Virus record (IMG/VR): IMGVR_UViG_3300042009_000020
Span: 1-37,779 of that record
Direction: 5' to 3' (one strand)
DNA length: 37,779 nt
Source: a virus
Taxonomy: Duplodnaviria; Heunggongvirae; Uroviricota; Caudoviricetes
Shown: one piece after another, positions 32,405 to 37,779 of the stretch
Layout: each line of letters starts with the position of its first letter
Numbering within the stretch: the stretch's first letter is position 1
The notes under the pieces: generated by a model
Databases searched by the model: none
The model's input: only the letters and a program-made list of their open reading frames with translations
Told to the model about the DNA's origin: nothing
Translations under genes and position numbers: made by a program

Positions 32405-32458
32405 ATCCAATTCTAGGGGCGTTACAGCCCCTTAACAAAACATAAGGAAGGAACATAT

Positions 32459-33553
32459 ATGTCTCTGATTATCGATAAGAATATTGATCGCCTGTCGCAA
32501 GGTAAATTTGTTGAACTGACCGACATTCTGGTTGAACTGCCTCGTAATATTTCAATCATCGACCATCTTGGTCTGTTTGAAGAAGTCTTCGTTACTCAGA
32601 AGAAAATCGAAATTCAACGTACTCAGTACAGCAACCACCTGATCAAAGATAAGAACTGGGAAGCTAAAGCTGACACAATGGTTTCCAAGTCAAAGCGTGG
32701 CTTCATTCAGGCTCGTATCCCTAACTTCGAACTGCAAGATGCAATCAAGCCACAAGACATTGATGGTGTTGCACAAGTTAGTTCGATCCAAGAAGCTGCT
32801 CAACTGGCTACCGTGATGGATGTTCGTCTGGAGAAGCTGGCTTATCTGAATAACGCCTTTGACCTGACTGCTGACGTTGCTCGTATGCAACTGCTGATGA
32901 AAGGTACTGTATACGCACCAGAAGGTACGCTGGCAACTTCGTATGGTGATACAATCGACTTCTATGAAGAGATGGGTGTTACTCGTCAGACTCACGACCT
33001 GAAGCTGACTGGTTCGAATGATCCACGTATTACTTGCTCGCAACTGATCCGTAAGGTTCGTGAATCGCTGCGTCATGCCAACGGTGGTAATTACACTCAA
33101 CTGGTTCTGCTGTGCGGTACTGATTTCTTCGACGCTGTTTACACCAACCCATTCGTTACTGAAGCTATCAAATACTTCGCACAAGATTTGAATAAAATCC
33201 TGCTGAAGCCAGTTGACCAAGCTGCTGGTCTGGATGCTAACTTCCGTACCCTGTCCCTGTGGGGTCTGGTGTTTATCGACGCTGGTACTGGTGGTTACGA
33301 AGATGCCGATGGTGTGTTCCAACCGTGGATCGCCCCAACTAAGGCTGTTGCAATCCCAACTGGTGTTCGTGGTATGTTCAAGACTTACTTCGCCCCAGCT
33401 AACACCTTCAGCACTATCAACAAGAAAGCTGCTGGTCGTTACTACTTCGAACGTCTGAACGAGGAAGATGACCTGATCCAAATGAAGGTTGGTTCTAACT
33501 TCATGAACTCGACCATTTATCCGGGTGCGATCTTCGACGTAACCTTTAGCTAA
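32459..33553 (+). CDS. major capsid protein (lambda E-like)
   Basis: 364 aa, strong codon bias, followed by terminator; YFAPAN motif. Confidence 0.85.
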   Translation: MSLIIDKNIDRLSQGKFVELTDILVELPRNISIIDHLGLFEEVFVTQKKIEIQRTQYSNHLIKDKNWEAKADTMVSKSKRGFIQARIPNFELQDAIKPQDIDGVAQVSSIQEAAQLATVMDVRLEKLAYLNNAFDLTADVARMQLLMKGTVYAPEGTLATSYGDTIDFYEEMGVTRQTHDLKLTGSNDPRITCSQLIRKVRESLRHANGGNYTQLVLLCGTDFFDAVYTNPFVTEAIKYFAQDLNKILLKPVDQAAGLDANFRTLSLWGLVFIDAGTGGYEDADGVFQPWIAPTKAVAIPTGVRGMFKTYFAPANTFSTINKKAAGRYYFERLNEEDDLIQMKVGSNFMNSTIYPGAIFDVTFS

Positions 33554-33570
33554 GTTGTAATACCTCAATA

Positions 33571-33594
33571 GGGCTGGCGTCAAGCTGGCCCTTT
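33571..33594 (+). terminator. terminator after capsid gene
   Basis: GGGCTGGC-GTCAA-GCTGGCCC then TTTGTTGTTTT. Confidence 0.65.
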
Positions 33595-33613
33595 GTTGTT
33601 TTAGGAGAATGAA

Positions 33614-34024
33614 ATGACAGACGAAGAAAAGATTTCTCTCCTTGCTTTGATGATTGGTGATATTCCGGGTGGTCCATATTACCCGATGTTTACATCAGAA
33701 CAATACAGTCAGTTCCTTAAAGCGAAAAAGGGGAATGTAAACAAAGCTGCTGTAATGGCTGCAATCTCTGCTGGTTACTTTGTATCCGGTGAGAGTTCAC
33801 GCGAAGTTATTGGTGAGCTTCAGATTTCAAGCAGTACCAGTACAAACTACATAAAGCTTCTGGATTACTTGATTGCAACAGAGGGTAATGTTCCACCAGA
33901 CAGTTTGATGCCGTGGTTTGCGGGTGCTGATGAGTGTGATCAAAACAAACTTCTGAACTATGAACGATGTGATGTTGACGGTGATCCTTCTTGCCAAGGG
34001 GTTGCTAATGTCTGGATTTCATGA
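33614..34024 (+). CDS. head-tail adaptor
   Basis: Synteny; IGD....YPMF..EQY..FL pattern. Confidence 0.6.
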   Translation: MTDEEKISLLALMIGDIPGGPYYPMFTSEQYSQFLKAKKGNVNKAAVMAAISAGYFVSGESSREVIGELQISSSTSTNYIKLLDYLIATEGNVPPDSLMPWFAGADECDQNKLLNYERCDVDGDPSCQGVANVWIS

Positions 34025-34400
34025 TAGAATGAGGTCAATGGTAATTAGACAACTTGGACTTCAACCGAAAGGTAAGGGTTGTCCAGTGGTATTTACCAAA
34101 CGTACAGGTGGTGGTTATGACAAAGTTACTGGTGGGGTTTTCCCAGAAGTTACAACTGAGTTTAATGGCTCAGGTGTCAGAGTTAACTATTCCGAGTATG
34201 CCTATAAAGACGTTACCATCGAATACGGTGACTTCCAGATTTATCTCTCCCCAGTTCAAACCAATGGTAGTGAAATGCCTCGTCCAGCAATTGGCGACAT
34301 AATCACATTCATTGATAAGAGTGTTCGTGTAATTAACCTATCTCCATTCAATGACAATGGTGTTGACTGTGGATGGAAGTTGCAGGTTCGATATGGCTGA
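34008..34400 (+). CDS. head closure/stopper protein
   Basis: Start moved to MSGFHDRMR (34008); GGYD..TG, W.LQVR. Confidence 0.6.
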   Translation: MSGFHDRMRSMVIRQLGLQPKGKGCPVVFTKRTGGGYDKVTGGVFPEVTTEFNGSGVRVNYSEYAYKDVTIEYGDFQIYLSPVQTNGSEMPRPAIGDIITFIDKSVRVINLSPFNDNGVDCGWKLQVRYG

Positions 34401-34833
34401 TTTCCTCGACACTATTAACCAATGGGTTGAAGAGACAGAACATCAAATCAATGAAACCTTACAGACAATCGTCCTTAAAGTTGGTCAAGTTCTCGTAACG
34501 TTATCCCCTGTTGATACTGGTTTATTCAGAGGTAACTGGCAACTCAGTATTGATAGTACAACTTCGTCAAGCTTACTGCGTACAGACCCTGACGGGTATG
34601 CAACCATCGCAGATATTGCATCGAAAGTTAATTCATTCACTGCTGGTCAAGTTGCTTATCTTCAAAACCATGTTCTATATGGTTATGATCTTGAATACGG
34701 TACTTACAGTGGACCTACCGCTAAAGTAACTGAGGATGGTTTTAGCCGACAAGCACCTGCTGGTATTGTTCGGATTACAGAACAACGCTTCTTACGGATT
34801 GTAAATGAAGCTGCTGCACTTCACCGTAAATAA
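34393..34833 (+). CDS. neck/tail completion protein (HK97 gp10-like)
   Basis: SPVDTGLFRGNWQ...LEYG...S.QAPAG.VR; start MADFLD (34393). Confidence 0.75.
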   Translation: MADFLDTINQWVEETEHQINETLQTIVLKVGQVLVTLSPVDTGLFRGNWQLSIDSTTSSSLLRTDPDGYATIADIASKVNSFTAGQVAYLQNHVLYGYDLEYGTYSGPTAKVTEDGFSRQAPAGIVRITEQRFLRIVNEAAALHRK

Positions 34834-34845
34834 TAGGAGACAGAA

Positions 34846-35253
34846 ATGAGCCACGCAAGGATTCGTAAAATCTTCTCTGCTCTCCTTGCTGACTATGCTG
34901 AGAGTAAGAACATTGATGTATCTTTCGACAATGTTACATTAACATCTGACGGAGACCGCATTGAGTCACATTTAATTCCATCTGATACATTCTCAGATAC
35001 CCTATCTGGCGATCACAACGCATACATTGGAATGTTTCAAATGACACTTGTTGTGCAATACAACAATGGGCTTCTTGAAGTTGAGAGTATGGTAGAGGAA
35101 CTTCAGGTCATCTTTAAAAATAACAAGGTGTTCACTGATTCATCTGGCTTCTCAGTACAAGTAATTAGCCCCATCAAAACCCCCGAGGGTAGACAGTCTG
35201 GAGTTCAATGGCGAGTTCCTTGCTATTTTGAATATCGAGCTGACACAAACTAA
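34846..35253 (+). CDS. tail terminator protein
   Basis: Synteny; G.FQ..L......G, W.VP...Y.A.T pattern. Confidence 0.65.
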   Translation: MSHARIRKIFSALLADYAESKNIDVSFDNVTLTSDGDRIESHLIPSDTFSDTLSGDHNAYIGMFQMTLVVQYNNGLLEVESMVEELQVIFKNNKVFTDSSGFSVQVISPIKTPEGRQSGVQWRVPCYFEYRADTN

Positions 35254-35277
35254 ACATTTCACAAGAGGATTTACATT

Positions 35278-35931
35278 ATGGCTTTTCGTTTGCCTAACGG
35301 TTCTACATTCGACTTCGCTGCAACATACAGTACTGCTTTGACTGTAACTGCAATCTCTAACGCTGCTGTTCCAATTGTAACGGCTACCGGTCACACCTTT
35401 GTCGCTGGTGACATTGTTGTACTACAGTCGGGTTGGGTTAAAGCAACTTCCCGTGCTTTCCGTGTTATCGCCCCAATCGTCGCCAACACTAGTTTTGGTC
35501 TGGAAGGTCTGAACACCACATCTACTACTAAGTTCCCAGTTGGATCTAGTGCTGGTACTGTTAAGAAAGTGGCAACTTGGGTTAACATTCCTCAAATCAC
35601 TGGTATTACATCGTCTGGTGGTGAGCAACAATTCTACACCTTCGGTTTCTTGGAAGAAGAAGATGACCGTCAAGTTCCAACAACTAAGTCACCTTCACTG
35701 TTGACTCTGACTGTTGCAGATGATCCTGCTGCTCCTTATGTTGCTGTAGTTGAAGCTGCCGATGACCTCAATGAAGAGCGTGTACAACGTCTCAATTTGA
35801 TTAACGGTGCAACAATCTATTACAACAGTATTGCCTCGATCACCAGTACTCCGACAATGACTCGTAACCAACTGATGGAGCGTACTATTACGCTCGCTCA
35901 ACAAGGTCAAATTACACGTTATATCTCGTAA
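35278..35931 (+). CDS. major tail tube protein (siphovirus)
   Basis: MAFRLPNGST...SGW...W..I.QI....SSGGEQQF..F.FLE. Confidence 0.85.
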   Translation: MAFRLPNGSTFDFAATYSTALTVTAISNAAVPIVTATGHTFVAGDIVVLQSGWVKATSRAFRVIAPIVANTSFGLEGLNTTSTTKFPVGSSAGTVKKVATWVNIPQITGITSSGGEQQFYTFGFLEEEDDRQVPTTKSPSLLTLTVADDPAAPYVAVVEAADDLNEERVQRLNLINGATIYYNSIASITSTPTMTRNQLMERTITLAQQGQITRYIS

Positions 35932-35946
35932 GGGTTGTTCAATCCC

Positions 35947-35974
35947 AAGCCCTCACAATAGTGGGGGCTTTTTT
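35947..35974 (+). terminator. intrinsic terminator
   Basis: AAGCCCTCAC-AATA-GTGGGGGCTT-TTTT. Confidence 0.8.
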
Positions 35975-36000
35975 CATTTTAATTTAAGGAGATACACCAA

Positions 36001-36381
36001 ATGGCTAAGTCGTTCAAAATTCAAATTAATCCTACATTCAAAGCAGTTGTTAAAGTTCCACGAGTTGGTGCTGATGCACTTGATGTCCAATTCACATTCA
36101 AAGTGAAAGACCGTAAAGAACTGGCAAAAATGTTTGGGGAGTGGAAGAAAGCTCACGAAGAACTAGTGAAAGACTCTGAAGAGTATTCGCTGGAAGATTG
36201 GGCAGAGAAAGAGATTGCAATGCAAGTAAAGCAATTGAAAGATATCGTTGTTGGTTGGGGTTTTGATGATGAATTCAATGATGAGAACATTGAAGCACTG
36301 GTTAGTTCGGTAATCTCCGTAACTGATGAAATCCAATCTACTTACAATGAAGCTTACACACGGGCACGCTCGGGAAACTAA
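36001..36381 (+). CDS. tail assembly chaperone (gpG-like)
   Basis: F.I...PTF...V.VP..G, IV.GW..D.EF..EN...L; between tail tube and tape measure. Confidence 0.8.
   Translation: MAKSFKIQINPTFKAVVKVPRVGADALDVQFTFKVKDRKELAKMFGEWKKAHEELVKDSEEYSLEDWAEKEIAMQVKQLKDIVVGWGFDDEFNDENIEALVSSVISVTDEIQSTYNEAYTRARSGN
36372..36378 (+). other. -1 programmed frameshift slippery site G GGA AAC
   Basis: XXXYYYZ heptamer just before TAA; the -1 frame (GKLITAAHA) is open into ATG 36399. Confidence 0.8.
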
Positions 36382-36398
36382 TAACCGCTGCACACGCT

Positions 36399-36710
36399 AT
36401 GTATGAGAAAGATGCTGATGCCCACCAAGCTTCATTGTTTGGTTTGTCTCTGGAAGAAATCCCAGCAGAAGTTATTGAAGTTTGGGATATTAACTGGCCT
36501 GCGTTTAGTGTCTTTCATTCATTGTCTACACAATGGCGTGTGGGTATGGGCGGTGCTACTGGTTTAGATTATTCAGCAATCCCAGTTGTTGCAAAGATGA
36601 TCGGATATAAGAACAAAGAAATACAAGACATGTTCCCCGACATTCAAGTGATGGAGAACGAAGCACTCATCACTATGGGAGAAAATAAACAAGATGCCAA
36701 CAATAGCTGA
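36399..36710 (+). CDS. tail chaperone extension (gpT-like, DUF1799-like)
   Basis: W..NWPA..VF..LSTQWRVGMGGATGLDY. Confidence 0.8.
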   Translation: MYEKDADAHQASLFGLSLEEIPAEVIEVWDINWPAFSVFHSLSTQWRVGMGGATGLDYSAIPVVAKMIGYKNKEIQDMFPDIQVMENEALITMGENKQDANNS

Positions 36711-37779
36711 GTTACAGGTAAATGTAGACACTACACAGATGGACCACGGTACTACATCAATGAATGCTTTTGCCGTCGCTGCTGAGAAAGCAGCTAAAGC
36801 ACGAAAAGCTTTAAATGATGCAAACGCTGGTGGTGGAGGTCCGGGTGGTGGAGGCGGTGGGTCTGACGATCCTGCCACCAAGAAAGTTAAGAACTTGTCT
36901 GAAGCAATCGATAACCAGACCAAGAAACTATCTGATCTAAATGCACAACGTAAAGCCTTAGCTGATTCCAAACTCAAGACTGAGAATCCAGAAGAGTATA
37001 AACGCCTCAACACAGTCCTTGATACACGAATTGAGTTAGTGCGTAGACAAGGCAATGCTTTAGACACTCTGGCGGCAAAGCAAGCACAGTCAGCTAAAGC
37101 CGAAGCAGCACTACAAGAAACTGCCAAGAAAGCAGTAGAGTCAAGAGAAGCACTTGAGTCTAGGTTTGCATTAGCCCAACAACGTCAACTTGATTCTACT
37201 ATCGCTGGATTGTCCAAACAAGTTAAAGCTCAACAGGAATATAACCGAACAGTTGAACAACTGAATACAGCTCGTGTAACTGGTGGAATGAATGGTGGTC
37301 CATCCATGTCGTCTGCTGAGCATGACACTTGGGTTAAACTTGCTGCTGCCAAACGAGATGCTGCATTAGCTGAAGCTGGTAATACATCGGAAGTAGAACG
37401 TGCCCGTCGTCAAATGGATGCAATGACATCCACATTGGGTAAAGCAGAACTTGCTGAATTCCGATATGCACGAGCGGTTACAGTATTGAATGACGGTCAA
37501 CGACTTGGTTTAATCACCGCTGACGAATACAATACCAAACTCACGGCCTTTGCTGCTAAGCGAGATAAAGCAATCGCTGCTGCTGATCATAACACAGAAT
37601 CCGAACGTAAGTTTGCCTCACAACTTCAAAGTGTGTTGTCTGCTTATGATCCAGTGATTCGAGCAAATGATGTTTATAACTCTTCTGTTAAAACATTGTC
37701 CCAAGGTTTGCAAAGTGGTCAACTGAGTGTAGAGCAATTCAACAAAGCACTGACAGCACAACGTCACGCTCTTGATGAG
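36694..37779 (+). CDS. tape measure protein, 3'-partial
   Basis: MPTIAELQVNVDT start with GGAG RBS; Ala/Gln/Glu-rich helical frame open to window end. Confidence 0.85.
   Translation, partial: MPTIAELQVNVDTTQMDHGTTSMNAFAVAAEKAAKARKALNDANAGGGGPGGGGGGSDDPATKKVKNLSEAIDNQTKKLSDLNAQRKALADSKLKTENPEEYKRLNTVLDTRIELVRRQGNALDTLAAKQAQSAKAEAALQETAKKAVESREALESRFALAQQRQLDSTIAGLSKQVKAQQEYNRTVEQLNTARVTGGMNGGPSMSSAEHDTWVKLAAAKRDAALAEAGNTSEVERARRQMDAMTSTLGKAELAEFRYARAVTVLNDGQRLGLITADEYNTKLTAFAAKRDKAIAAADHNTESERKFASQLQSVLSAYDPVIRANDVYNSSVKTLSQGLQSGQLSVEQFNKALTAQRHALDE

Noticed and set aside
32414-32432. GGGGC-GTTACA-GCCCC hairpin between decoration and capsid genes
   Set aside because: No U-tract, so not called a terminator; probably an mRNA stability element, with no evidence to go further.
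28003-33583. Long antisense ORFs in the track (28003..28803, 30749..31279, 32690..33583)
   Set aside because: They shadow terL, protease and capsid genes on the opposite strand, lack RBS and motifs, and are expected from codon bias.
36573-37127. 184-aa minus-strand ORF
   Set aside because: Antisense shadow of the tape measure and chaperone genes.

Overview
This window is part of an AT-rich tailed dsDNA phage genome with siphovirus-type tail genes; no integrase or repressor is visible. The host is inferred to be Pseudomonas-like, from a parS variant, a PL7 alginate lyase and U34-anticodon tRNAs. (1) 1-4851: rightward early-type block of small hypothetical genes, most behind a repeated sigma70 promoter, four of them with a leader hairpin. 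(2) ~4893-5975: 1.1 kb non-coding convergence zone with palindromes, a perfect chromosomal-type parS site, a consensus sigma54 site, Fur-like boxes and a ~16-bp periodic GGG array. (3) 5998-22611: leftward metabolic/accessory block (HNH, TOPRIM, phosphatase, PL7 lyase, SLOG, DNA ligase, dCMP deaminase, HD hydrolase, Prs-like + Nampt-like pair, Pnk + RNA ligase). (4) 22640-23322: divergent promoters, iteron-like repeats and a winged-helix gene (candidate origin). (5) 24340-26165: tRNA cluster with several remodelled tRNA-like elements. (6) 26188-end: morphogenesis genes (terS, terL with a Fur box in its promoter, portal, S49 protease, capsid, head-tail, tail tube, frameshifted chaperone, partial tape measure). 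The most striking unexplained signal is the set of host nucleoid/regulator binding sites (ParB, sigma54, Fur) in phage non-coding DNA. All protein family calls are from motif recognition by eye, not database searches.
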